IMG/VR virus record: IMGVR_UViG_3300044625_001067
Span: 62,001 to 126,000 of that record
Strand: one strand, 5' to 3'
DNA: 64,000 bases
A model generated the notes under the pieces. That model saw only the letters and a list, made by a program, of their open reading frames with translations, did no database searches and was not told where the DNA came from. The translations under genes were made by a program, and so were the position numbers. Shown here in pieces: positions 50,419 to 60,396 of this stretch. Position 1 is the stretch's first letter. Each line of letters opens with the position of its first letter.

Positions 50419-51472
50419 CGTTTGTGAGTGGGTCTGAGAGATTAAGTACTGAAAAATTTGTGTCGTAAGCTTGGGGGAAACGCTCGTGAAAAGAGGAGTG
50501 GGACGCTCAAGCCACCCACTTTTCTGAGAACTTTTAGAAAGTTCGCATACTTTTTAGGTGGAGTCGGTCTGCTTGCCGTCTGATTTGTGACCCGTGCCAG
50601 TTTAGAGCTTGGGGCGAGCAGGTACCACAGGAAGTGCGTAGTAGGGCAACCAGTGGCTGCCGTCCCCAACCCTGGCAGAGTATTTCCAGCAACTACAGGA
50701 AAACACCGGGTGCGAACTTCCAGCTATGGCTTCATTACCCCACCAGCAGTACCCCTTCGAGTCACAATCTTCAGCTCCAGGTAACCTTTCGGTCTTAGGG
50801 ACAGGGTTCAACGAGTTGTACGGAAGGAGGTCCAAGGGATTTCCGTCGTAGTCACCGGTGCTGGCGGCGGACAAAGCGTCAAGTACCTCTACGCTCGCGT
50901 TGAGAACTCCGCAAACTTGGTAGATAGCTGCGCAGAGGTCGCGAAGTTTTCTAATTTCCCGCAAGGACTGAGACGCTTGGTAACGCACCAACCGTTCGAA
51001 CCCGATTTTCGTTAGATCTTGCATGGAAGGGTGTTCAGGTGAATTTATGGGACCCATTGTGTGTCGTACGGGGAACTTATTTGATTACTCTTTCCAGCAA
51101 ATTCCGGAGTAGAAACAAGGGCCAAAGCAACGCACCCTTCGCAGGGTGAACCGGAGACTTATATGTGCCCCACTGAAGAGAGCCTAAAAACAAATCCACC
51201 TGAAAAAGAAGGGCAACTAGCACAACACCTGAAATATAGGTCGTTGCCAGAATCTGAAGTACTAAGAGTGTCATGGGGTTAAGCTGGAATCAGCTTGTAA
51301 AGAAGGCGAACAGCACTCAGCAAGTCCTTGTCTGTAAGGTTAATCAAGTCGGGTTGTTCGGCGGCAATACACTCAGCGTCGCCTTCAAAGAGAGTCACCA
51401 GTCGGCTAATCTCGGTCTGGTCTTGGACGGTGAGGGATGTGGATGACATTGGTTGCTCTTGTTTACCCTTTC

Positions 51473-51517
51473 ACTATAGCGTGTTTAACCAAGGAAGGCA
51501 AGCCGGGAAACCGTCCC
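51473..51517 (-). promoter_or_regulatory. Repeated early promoter element
   Basis: TTGCCT-17-TATAGT. Confidence 0.8.
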
Positions 51518-52040
51518 TCCCTCCTAGTCTTAGGGGACCAGTGTGCAAGGGCTTCTTCTACTATAAGAGCCACTCGGCCAAGGTAGTCGTCTGAGCCCCA
51601 AGATGATCGGTCTTCTATCCAACTCAGGATTTCTGAGCGTGCGGGTTTGTTACTTTGCTCTTCAAACACTTCCTGATCGGTTTTCTTGTCTCTAAAGTAA
51701 ACACTCCACACACCACCTTCTTCTTCCAGGTCGCAGTAGAAACCAGGGTGGTCTATGTAGTAGCCTAAAGTGTTACCGTCTTCGTCAACCCTTTGCTTAA
51801 ACAGCATCTCTCCGCCTTTATGTTCGGCCTCGCAGTCAGTTTCCCCCAACGCAAGAGAAACGTCTTGCATACTTTTGTTCAGTCGCTCCGCTCTTTGGCT
51901 TGCCGTAGTTGTATGGGTGTCGGTGAATAGCAAGTAAGAGTTGCAGGCGAACAAGAGTTCGGTGCACAGTTTACGAAAGTTATGTTCCAACATGTTTATC
52001 TAGGAGTTACGACGGGTTTGTTAGTGGGAGTGTTCCAGTT

Positions 52041-52676
52041 TTAGGGTTGTACTCCGCTTTTCAATAAATTCTCTAGTTCGGCAATTCTAGCAGCCTGCTG
52101 TTGTTCTACGGTGAGAGGCCGGGGTATGTTGTAGTAAGCAGAACTAGCTTCTTTTGCTGTTGACCAACTAAACTTCTTGAAAAATTCCACACAGGTAACA
52201 GAATTAGGCTTTTCCCACATACCCTCTTTGTTCAGATAGTGGCTACCAACCCTTACTACCCAATGCTTACGCAGACGGTCACACGCTTCCACGTAAGTCC
52301 CACTGGCAGGGTGTTTGAGCGGAAACCTAAAAGGTACTGGTTCTGGTATAGGCCCTAAAAAAGAAGGTTCTCGAATCCAACGGACTAGGCCCAAAATAGT
52401 GTCTGTGGCATCCATTTTCTCCCAGTCGTCGTCCCCGTCGTACCTATTGAGTTCACGACTGTAGGCCCAGCGTAGTGTGCCGTCTTCGTTTTGTTCTAGT
52501 TCCCCGTCAATAAACCCCTGATTGTCCAAAAAGCGCAGGATTTCATCGTCAGTCCTGGTGTCTTGTTCCTGGGAGTCAAGTTCTTTCAATAGAGCAGAGC
52601 GATACTGACCAAGAGTCTGAAAACTAATGGCATAGGAATCATCGGCGATTAGGTCTCGGAGAATGCTGAGTGACAT
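52041..52676 (-). CDS. Hypothetical mosaic protein
   Basis: LIADDSYAISFQTLGQYRSALL N-terminal module, C-terminal QQQAARIAELE. Confidence 0.7.
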   Translation of the reverse strand: MSLSILRDLIADDSYAISFQTLGQYRSALLKELDSQEQDTRTDDEILRFLDNQGFIDGELEQNEDGTLRWAYSRELNRYDGDDDWEKMDATDTILGLVRWIREPSFLGPIPEPVPFRFPLKHPASGTYVEACDRLRKHWVVRVGSHYLNKEGMWEKPNSVTCVEFFKKFSWSTAKEASSAYYNIPRPLTVEQQQAARIAELENLLKSGVQP

Positions 52677-52721
52677 GCGTAGCTCTTGTGGTGTGATGGG
52701 GGAATACTAGTTCTTTTGATA

Positions 52722-52786
52722 ACTATAGCGTGTAACTCATCAGAAAACAAGCCGGGAAACCGTCCCAGGGCAAACGGTTAACCGCC
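52722..52786 (-). promoter_or_regulatory. Repeated early promoter element (two boxes)
   Basis: GGCGGTTAACCG and GGGACGGTTTCCC, TTGTTT-17-TATAGT. Confidence 0.8.
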
Positions 52787-52807
52787 CCCTTTAGAGTGTA
52801 ACAACTA

Positions 52808-54484
52808 CTAACCAAGCTTGTGCACTGTGGAATTTCCTATCGCAACTCCCAAGAGAAAAGAATCCTCGCATGCTTCTCGAACGTGAACGCCAACATAAAC
52901 ACGTCCTATGGCATTTTCCAAGCCAGCTTCAAAGAAGCTGTTATCTTTCCACAGGCTAGAGCTTGTCACGGAGCTTATATCACCTAGACTCCCGTTTGCA
53001 ATGCGACCGTCAAAAGATCGAGACTTTCCGGGCAGGTCCTGCGAAGTTGTTGACCATATGAGGTTGTCGCCGAAAAAGTGTGTCATTACACTCGCAAACA
53101 CTCCGCCCATCACTGAGTGACCGGATATAAAGTCAGGGAACGGTGGAGATTGTACTCCGTTTATGGAGGAAAGCAACGACTTCCACTCTGTGTCTCGGAC
53201 AGTGAGGTCTGAGCCGTCTTCATCGGAAAAACTGCCAGTGATTACGTCCCACGGTCGAGGCTGAACATTGTCGTATTTTTCTCTCCATGCCACGGTTACG
53301 GCGTCTGCCATGGCGACGCTTAAGCTAGCGAATAACCTAGCGTTGTTAGCTGGGGTTGTTGCTTGGTTCGTTGCTATTTCAGTTGCAATATCAAACAACT
53401 GACCATACGGCCTATAGGTGTCAGGCCGATCGTAAGCCCAAAAAAGAGCAATGTCCGTCTGATCAGCATTTCGGCGCGAGGTGGTGGTTGCAGTGTTTGT
53501 TAGTCCGCCGTACAAACGCACTTCAGCTAAGTCTCTGGCGTACAGGTCCAAATTCACGTCTGGCTTGCCCTGTAGACCGTTGGTCCTATGTGTAACTTCA
53601 CTGCCTAAACCCCACGGTTTTACTGTGCCCCAATTGGGGCCTAGAGCAGCCCCTGCAGTGGGTCCGCTTGAGGCTGGCATCCAGGTATATCCCGGCAAGC
53701 TATTAGTAGGGGGTTGATAAGGTGTATTATTCGTTGATCCGTCGTTGGATCTTAGTGAGCGGATTTGATCAGCTATTCCGGACCCCAGGGCTAAGCCAGA
53801 GTGAATGCTCTGCGAGGTTCCCGTCAGATTGGCCAGACTTGATTTGTAGTGCTTTTGGAGTATTTCTTGTTCTCCAGGAAGCTCCAACGAAAGAATGCGG
53901 TAGGCCGCACCAATCAACGCGGCATCTACGCTAGCAGCAGCGGGTGCGTTTTGGTCGATCTTGTAGAAGGCCACTTGATCACCGAACGCTGCCCGAGTGT
54001 CCAACATTGCCGTGGAAAGCATTGCCATCAGACGACTACCTGTGGTAGGAGGCACTCCAGGTTTTCCATTGCTGCCCGCTGATTGGATTGCTTCCAGAGC
54101 ACAGCTAATCCAGGACAGAACTTGGTCGGGACCAGGCTGATTGACCGGTGGCGTGATGTTAGCGGCCTTTTGGTTGCGAAAGAAGATGGCCTTTTCATTG
54201 GTGCTGAGAGAGCGAATGTCGCCGTAACCGATCTTGTCGAATCTGTTGACGCTGGTATAAGTGACAGCGACGGTGTCTGTGGCGAGGACCGCTGAGGCAA
54301 GATTTAAGCGAACGGTTTTTCCACCGTCAATTAGCGTTGCGGGTCCAATGACAGTGCGGCGAACCCCGTTCACTGTTACTTGAAAGCGGCTGAAGCTAGG
54401 GAGAGTACTGCTTAGGACATCGCTGTAGCGCAGCTCGACGAACGACTCTTTTGCAATTAGCTCAACCAGGGTCAATGATTTCAT
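52808..54484 (-). CDS. Vanadium-dependent haloperoxidase / PAP2-superfamily protein with N-terminal SwmB-like domain
   Basis: KYDNVQPRP, PFPDFISGHS, RVYVGVH vanadate/phosphate-binding motifs; N-terminal FQVTVNG...VRLNLA...DTVAVTY. Confidence 0.85.
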   Translation of the reverse strand: MKSLTLVELIAKESFVELRYSDVLSSTLPSFSRFQVTVNGVRRTVIGPATLIDGGKTVRLNLASAVLATDTVAVTYTSVNRFDKIGYGDIRSLSTNEKAIFFRNQKAANITPPVNQPGPDQVLSWISCALEAIQSAGSNGKPGVPPTTGSRLMAMLSTAMLDTRAAFGDQVAFYKIDQNAPAAASVDAALIGAAYRILSLELPGEQEILQKHYKSSLANLTGTSQSIHSGLALGSGIADQIRSLRSNDGSTNNTPYQPPTNSLPGYTWMPASSGPTAGAALGPNWGTVKPWGLGSEVTHRTNGLQGKPDVNLDLYARDLAEVRLYGGLTNTATTTSRRNADQTDIALFWAYDRPDTYRPYGQLFDIATEIATNQATTPANNARLFASLSVAMADAVTVAWREKYDNVQPRPWDVITGSFSDEDGSDLTVRDTEWKSLLSSINGVQSPPFPDFISGHSVMGGVFASVMTHFFGDNLIWSTTSQDLPGKSRSFDGRIANGSLGDISSVTSSSLWKDNSFFEAGLENAIGRVYVGVHVREACEDSFLLGVAIGNSTVHKLG

Positions 54485-54629
54485 AGACTAGAACTGAGTT
54501 TAGAAAACGGATGAAGAATTTCCTGTGGTACGACCAGAGAACATTCGTTTTAAAGGGGTTTAGCACCCCCTTAGTCTTGGTAGCACTCGGTTAAAGTAAA
54601 CCCGTAACCCCTGGGTCATTTTGCGCTAG

Positions 54630-55523
54630 CTACCAACCTACCCGTCCAAGTTCAACATTTTGCGCCTCAAGCTCTGCTATCCTGGCTTCCTGCTCCTGTA
54701 CTAAAATCGCAGCGCAAGCGAGTCGTTCTGCCATGCCAATCCTCCCTTCGTAGGAGGCTTCTCTCAACTCATCCTGTAGCCATTCCACCACCTTTTTCAC
54801 GTTTCGGGTCTTAGGTGATGGCGGCCTTCTGTTGGGTTGCTCCGACAGCTGAAAGGCAACGTTTTCAGCACCCCAGCGGTCCTCACTCCCTGGATCCATA
54901 CACTCGGCAGTATTGTTAAGTGTATGAATCAAGGCGTCCACGTCTACCATGGGTGTGCAATCCGGTAAAATGCTTTGACCATTCTGATGTAGCATCATGG
55001 CAAAGTTTGCAACATCCACGGGGTCCCCTTTGCGAATGTGTTCGCATAGAAGACGAGACAGGTGCTCAGCGGATGCCCCTTTCCACCCCTGCCTGCCTTC
55101 TTTGCTCTTTCGGGAAAGTTTAAGTTTCATTGCAGCGGCAAACTGATCAACGGCGATCCGGTCTTCTTCAACTAAGCCCGGTGTTTTGGATTGAGCAGGT
55201 AATGCGGAGTTAAGCAACGGTGCAGTCGCGGGGTGCGTCAGCAGATGACGAGCAAGGTCCTCCAGCGTGAAACCAGCTGCAATTGGGTTAAGTGTGTCAC
55301 CACGCATTACGTCTGCAAGATCCTCAACCGTGAGGGGGCGGGTAGCTATAGGCATAGGGTGCGTGTACAGCGCTATAAGATAATGGACTTGATCTCGAAG
55401 GTAGTCCACAACTTTTTCTGGAGTCGGAGTAATTCCGGCCCACTGCCAAAGAGAAGGGCCATCGCCTCCGATTTCGTCAACAAAATTTGTGAGAGCTTTC
55501 GCCCAATCGTCCGGTGTTGTCAT
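54630..55523 (-). CDS. Mosaic protein containing a KGDPVDVANF module
   Basis: FAAAMKLKL...GW...HIRKGDPVDVANFAMML; C-terminal VVEWL...ARIAELE. Confidence 0.7.
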   Translation of the reverse strand: MTTPDDWAKALTNFVDEIGGDGPSLWQWAGITPTPEKVVDYLRDQVHYLIALYTHPMPIATRPLTVEDLADVMRGDTLNPIAAGFTLEDLARHLLTHPATAPLLNSALPAQSKTPGLVEEDRIAVDQFAAAMKLKLSRKSKEGRQGWKGASAEHLSRLLCEHIRKGDPVDVANFAMMLHQNGQSILPDCTPMVDVDALIHTLNNTAECMDPGSEDRWGAENVAFQLSEQPNRRPPSPKTRNVKKVVEWLQDELREASYEGRIGMAERLACAAILVQEQEARIAELEAQNVELGRVGW

Positions 55524-56416
55524 AGCTGTTCGGTTTGTAGTTGTTGGAGTAGGGTGGCGGCGCGGAAGAGAAAGTGAGCATCACCAAACTGAAGAGCATC
55601 TGCGGCACGCTTGGTCATCAGTTCCAGTTCTTCCGCCAACTCCCCCACCCCCTCTACTCGTTTCGGCGCTGGCGGGGTTGAAACCTGCTGGAGCAGGGCG
55701 GGGGTGCAGATGATTCGGTCAGCAATCTTCGAAGCCCACCACAACGGATCACCTATAACTGTGCCCTCGGGCATTTCCCCTTCAAGCCACTCAGCAAAGT
55801 CGGGATACCACTGGTCCACTCCCGTGATCAGGGGTGGTAAAGCTACCCTACGGGCAAGTGCGGTGCGAACGATCTCTAGAATTGCGACAACAACGGTGTC
55901 AAAATCGTTTGAGCCAACAAACATTGAAATTTCGTTGTCTGCGCACAGTTGTCTAACATCGGCTAGGCTCGGCCCCGGCTCTGATGGGGCACTGCGCTGT
56001 AGCAGGTGCTGGGCCCAACGAATTGCATCGCAAAGGGGAATGGATCCAAAATAGGGGGAGCCGTGGGTAATTTCGTACCAGTTCCGGAAGTTGCCCTCCA
56101 AGACGGCGTCGCTCTGCCCCTGCTTCGGTGAAGGTATGGACCCGCCGAACTCGGCCAACGCCTCTGGCCCGAACACTTCAGCTACAACCCACGGGTCAAT
56201 GTAACGGGATTCAAAGGGGCCAGGCCGAAACTTGTCAAAGCAGAACGCAATACCTTGCTCGACTAGGCGCAACTGCTCCTCTTCTGGTTCTGCCCTTAAG
56301 GCAGCACGAGCATCGGCGATAGCGTCAGTCCAGGCATTTGCGATTGCCGGGGCAGGTCCTTTGCGGTCTTCAAGTTGTATCAGGCGTTGTAGGGCGGTTC
56401 TTGTAGATAGAGTCAT
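55520..56416 (-). CDS. Mosaic multi-module hypothetical protein
   Basis: Modules shared with the 19862 and 57351 proteins (RTALxRL, GPS, LLQQ..PPAP, VGEL, RAATLLQQ). Confidence 0.7.
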   Translation of the reverse strand: MTLSTRTALQRLIQLEDRKGPAPAIANAWTDAIADARAALRAEPEEEQLRLVEQGIAFCFDKFRPGPFESRYIDPWVVAEVFGPEALAEFGGSIPSPKQGQSDAVLEGNFRNWYEITHGSPYFGSIPLCDAIRWAQHLLQRSAPSEPGPSLADVRQLCADNEISMFVGSNDFDTVVVAILEIVRTALARRVALPPLITGVDQWYPDFAEWLEGEMPEGTVIGDPLWWASKIADRIICTPALLQQVSTPPAPKRVEGVGELAEELELMTKRAADALQFGDAHFLFRAATLLQQLQTEQL

Positions 56417-56566
56417 TGGTGGTATGCGCATTGCGACCAGTAGCCAGGTTGAGAGCCGGATCGAGCCGGGACCCAAACAACTCGTGGCAGGAACACCGGA
56501 GTGTCTGCCCCCGAATGAGGATAACAAAATGGCTTCTTGTCTAAAACAGGGATGTATGCTATCATT

Positions 56567-57019
56567 TTATTGGGGAAAAAGGTCTAAGGCCACCGCAATT
56601 TCCCAACATAAGAGCATAGTTTGGAAAGCAGTTACAAGGGTCCAGACTGTATTTTGTGCAGACATTCGAAACGGGGTAGAGCGAGTGTGGGGGGTTTGAC
56701 TCATGGCGCATTCATGCTCTTGTCTCTCTTCTCCAGGGTAGGGGTAGCAGGTCTCCAGCCGTGCACAGGTTGCTGTAGCTTGTGCAACAACGTCTGACCA
56801 GGAGATCCCATTGGCCTCTGTAATTGACATCAAGACAAGCAGAACATCTGCGGCTTCCGACTTCGGGTCACCACGCTTCCCACGAAGCGCCTCAATTAGT
56901 TCTGATGACTCAAGGTGTAGGTATGCACCACGAGCCGACCAGTGCAGTGACCAACCACGCCTCTTGCACATTGCTAGTATACGTGGTGCTAAGCTCTGAT
57001 CATCAGTTTCCTTACTCAT
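56567..57019 (-). CDS. MazG-like NTP pyrophosphohydrolase
   Basis: LESSELIEA...SEAADVLLVL (ExxE...ExxD). Confidence 0.7.
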   Translation of the reverse strand: MSKETDDQSLAPRILAMCKRRGWSLHWSARGAYLHLESSELIEALRGKRGDPKSEAADVLLVLMSITEANGISWSDVVAQATATCARLETCYPYPGEERQEHECAMSQTPHTRSTPFRMSAQNTVWTLVTAFQTMLLCWEIAVALDLFPQ

Positions 57020-57268
57020 TTCACACCAAGTTCGGTTTAGGGGGTCAGCTCTTTCACTGTGCTTACTTATCAAGTAAGTAGTAGAATTCGGAGTCGGGTT
57101 CAGGTGGAAAATAACCACCACAAAGTGTGGCCATTGAGTCTAGTGCCTCTCGAACAATCTCAGCTTCTTTGCCATACAAACAATCACGTTCCAGAAAGTT
57201 CAACCTACTGTAGATTGTTTCAAAGGCTTCGAGGGGGGTCATTGGACTTGAGGGTTTGCACTGAAGTA

Positions 57269-57332
57269 AGTATACCGTTTCTGCAGAGCAGAAACAAGGG
57301 TGTAAACCGCCCTGGTGCAGCCGGTTATCCGG
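57269..57332 (-). promoter_or_regulatory. Repeated early promoter element
   Basis: TTGTTT-17-TATACT, hairpin GTTTCTGC-3-GCAGAAAC. Confidence 0.8.
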
Positions 57333-57784
57333 CACGGTGAAACGTGGGCATCAATCCTGAACATTTAGCTCTGTACGAACCCACTGAAGAAGAAGTAAGC
57401 ATGCGCCGCTGTGGTCTCCCGCACCTTCTGCAAAGGTCACCGCGTTCCTTAGCACATCTTGTACGTTCCTTACACACCAGTCGTTTTGCTCTAGTAGGGT
57501 TGCAGAGCGGTCTAAAAAGTCTGCTGCCTCAACAGTTCCACCATTTTCAGTATCTCTCTCGTCTTTTGCGTTGTCCCTCAGCCATTGTACAAGCTCAACC
57601 ACTTCCCCTTCTCTCTGGGGTTTTACTCGGAGTGCGGTGGCGGCGATAGCCGAGACTGACTGAAGTGCCTGGAGCTGACCGGCACGGTAGGGTCCGGTGC
57701 TACCCATTATGGGGCGAAAAGACTGGATCCGTTCTAGTGCCTCTGTCGGAGTTATCATGGCAGTGAGTTTCTGGGGTCTATCTA

Positions 57785-57829
57785 ATTTTACCGTTTCTGC
57801 GCCGCAGAAACAAGCCGGGAAACCGCCCC
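57785..57829 (-). promoter_or_regulatory. Repeated early promoter element
   Basis: TTGTTT-17-TAAAAT, hairpin GTTTCTGC-3-GCAGAAAC. Confidence 0.8.
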
Positions 57830-58704
57830 AGAGCAAGACGGCTGCACTACCGCTGTGCTACGTGGGTGAGTTCTCTCCGGCCCTACCTTAGCATCTTTCT
57901 CGATCGAGTCGAAACTCGGCCTGAATTTGCTTGTAGACGCTTCGCTTCCACTCGGGCTCTCTCACTACGGGAATTTGATACGGGATCTCACTCAGCAAGC
58001 GCACCTCAACGGTGTTATCTTTCACGTTTGACGCCATGACAGTATCCCTCAGGTGTTGTTTTTTGGACAAGCTTTGCTCAGCGCACGAATCGCCGAGAGT
58101 GCGCTTCGAACTTCGGATGGTGTTCGGCACCACTCTAAAGCGTTGGATACCTGTCTACGGTTTGAGCACATTTCTTGCGCCCAAAATCGGAACAGTTCCG
58201 CGTCTTCCCCGTCTTTTTCAGTTCCCATGAAGACTCCCGACGTTTTCACAAACTTTCCGAATTTCCCCTTGAGTGATCTTGGTTACACCGAAGTCACACA
58301 TGTTCGGGGGACTACCCGCAGCGTGAAGGGCGATTAACTCAGCTTCCAACGTCGGAGTGTGTCGAGATCGAGTGCGCAAGTACCACACGTCTTGAGCGCA
58401 ACTCACAGAAACTCCGAGTTCGGCTGCAAGGTCTCTCATGTACTGCTCCAGCTCATCGTAGTACTCTTGTTGTTCATTCATGAGAGTTTGCTGAGATGGA
58501 TGTAGGGGTTAAACATTTCCATGGAAGTTCATCTTCGTAGTTCCCCATTAGTAGTCTCACCCAGAGTTTTCCGTGAGAGTCGAGAGCAACTACATGTTCG
58601 GTTACAACAGTAGTTATTTTACTGTCGTCCGGGGTGGTGTAAACTGAAACGCTCTGAGGGACTACCTTAAAGGAGACAATTTTCTCAGGGAAGTTGTTCA
58701 TGGG

Positions 58705-59097
58705 TCAGGGAAAGGGTACAAACTCGCAAACGAGGGGAAAACTAAAGTTCTCTCTTTGAATTGAAAGTGGAGACTGAAGCATCACATTCGACTCAACCGG
58801 TCGTACACCGGGAAGCATCGAAATTGTCATGTGAGGGTTCTTGTTCAAGCAAACACTCCGGATTCCGTTCGGAAGCTCAACTCGCAGGGCATGAATGCGG
58901 TCGCCAAAGCAGTTCTCAGTGGCACGAACCGTGAAAGTTCTCCCTAAGATCCCGTCTGGAATCTCGTTCTCCACCACACCAAACTGCAAAGTAACGTGAA
59001 AGTGCTAAGCAGCTTGGTTGAAGATTGGGTGAACTGGGGATTTTTGCTCCGGGAGGGACAACCAGAGAATCCCACGGCGAGGGGCGGTGTTTTCCAT
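58705..59097 (-). pseudogene. 2H phosphoesterase-like protein interrupted by in-frame TAG
   Basis: HVTL and HMTI (two HxT motifs); ATG 59097, TAG at 59005-59007 three codons before the first HxT. Confidence 0.75.
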
Positions 59098-59103
59098 ACT
59101 TTA

Positions 59104-59165
59104 ACTATACCGCTTTTGCTCTGTGAGGGAAAGCGGGGAAACCGTCCGAGTTAGGGCGGTTATCC
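59104..59165 (-). promoter_or_regulatory. Repeated early promoter element
   Basis: TTTCCC-17-TATAGT, ATG 6 nt after the -10. Confidence 0.7.
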
Positions 59166-59331
59166 TCGTTTAAGTTGAAGAAAACAGTGCCACTCCAATG
59201 GCACCTCCGCCTAACATTGATGACAAGAGGCCCAGTGGGGTGGTATAGCGAGCCCAGCGACGAAGAAAAAGAGTCCGATGAGTAGGAGGGGTTTGTCCAT
59301 AGCGGGTACAATCGGTGGGGACAAGGGTAAA

Positions 59332-59405
59332 CGCCCTGTGCAGGATTTGAACCTGCGACATTCTCTTTAGGAAAGAGATGTTCTAATCCACTGAACTAAC
59401 AGGGC
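59332..59405 (-). tRNA. tRNA-Arg(CCT)
   Basis: Cloverleaf; anticodon arm TCTCT-TTCCTAA-AGAGA; T loop GTTCAAATC; no encoded CCA. Confidence 0.92.
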
Positions 59406-59477
59406 TTTTGGCTTAAGTCCGTATGCTTCTTGCAAAGGGCAAACCGGACTCAGTACGATGGTAACCTTATGGGGTTA

Positions 59478-59551
59478 CGCCCCCTAGAGGATTCGAACCT
59501 CTGACACCACGGGCCGAAACCGTGTGCTCTAATCCGCTGAGCTAAGGGGGC
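59478..59551 (-). tRNA. tRNA-Arg(TCG)
   Basis: Cloverleaf; anticodon arm CACGG-TTTCGGC-CCGTG; GTTCGAATC. Confidence 0.92.
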
Positions 59552-59837
59552 TTGGCTGCATAATGTGCCGGGGGTGACTACCCCATTTGACGTGCAAATC
59601 TTCCGGCGGAACTCACCTTTACCCCTGGGTGGGAATAGACGGGGAAGTGAATTTGCCCATCCAAGAAAACTAACCTGTAGTGGTTCTTAACAAGGAAGTT
59701 TTCGAAGTTTGTAGCGTTCAGAGTCTCAATTCGCCTTAGCGTCTCAAGGGTTTTGCAATGATTTTGTAGCAGAGTAACTTGCCTCTGCAACGCCACGTTT
59801 TTGTTGTGCAATTCCACGTTTTGTTTTCTCATGTGCG

Positions 59838-60371
59838 TCACCACCGACTTGTAGTTGGTTTGGGTGCAAGTCCCAGGATTTCAAGATCGTCCTTGCTTAA
59901 GGAAGCCAAAAGTTCGGCTTTCCGCTCCCGAACTCGTTTCTCCTCGTCCTTTGCTCGTTGAACCTCGCTCAGGAACTCATTTGCGTCCCAGAGGTCGGAA
60001 TTAAGGGAATTCAGCTCTTGTTGTGACTGAGGACCCTGCCGAGAGAATTTCACACCACATTCACCCATTGGGCGTGAAGTGTCAAGTGTAAGGGCGAATC
60101 GATCCGGTGTTACAGCCTCACCGAACTCACTGTAGGTGATTCGTTCAAGGATGGGCTCCACCCCAAGCTCTCTGGCTTTAGCCATAAGGCTCAGGATGGT
60201 CCACGGCAACTCTGCTGTCGCCGCAGCCAAATTCGCCTCAAGATCCTTTTGCTGCTGCGCAGCTTTCTCAGCCTTTAGTTGAGCTTTTCGTTCTGCTCGG
60301 TCTTTACTAGCTGCCCACTGGGCAACTGTTTGAGTGGTTTCTTCGTCAGAAATTTGGATGGGGTTGGTCAT
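59838..60371 (-). CDS. Hypothetical protein
   Basis: ORF behind promoter 60397; ends with A.LS..DL..LGL. Confidence 0.7.
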   Translation of the reverse strand: MTNPIQISDEETTQTVAQWAASKDRAERKAQLKAEKAAQQQKDLEANLAAATAELPWTILSLMAKARELGVEPILERITYSEFGEAVTPDRFALTLDTSRPMGECGVKFSRQGPQSQQELNSLNSDLWDANEFLSEVQRAKDEEKRVRERKAELLASLSKDDLEILGLAPKPTTSRW

Positions 60372-60396
60372 TGGTTCGACTGGCTCGACTGAATTA

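Noticed and set aside
54507-54520. ACGGATGAAGAATT upstream of the haloperoxidase, resembling the lytic-gene leader motif
   Set aside because: It is on the opposite strand relative to the gene and lacks the GCCGTGG partner; probably chance.
17662-59097. Stop-codon reassignment (alternative genetic code)
   Set aside because: Internal stops involve TAG, TAA and TGA alike, and many genes end properly at TAG or TGA (e.g. the YRASW terminus at 1772, ATGA overlaps).
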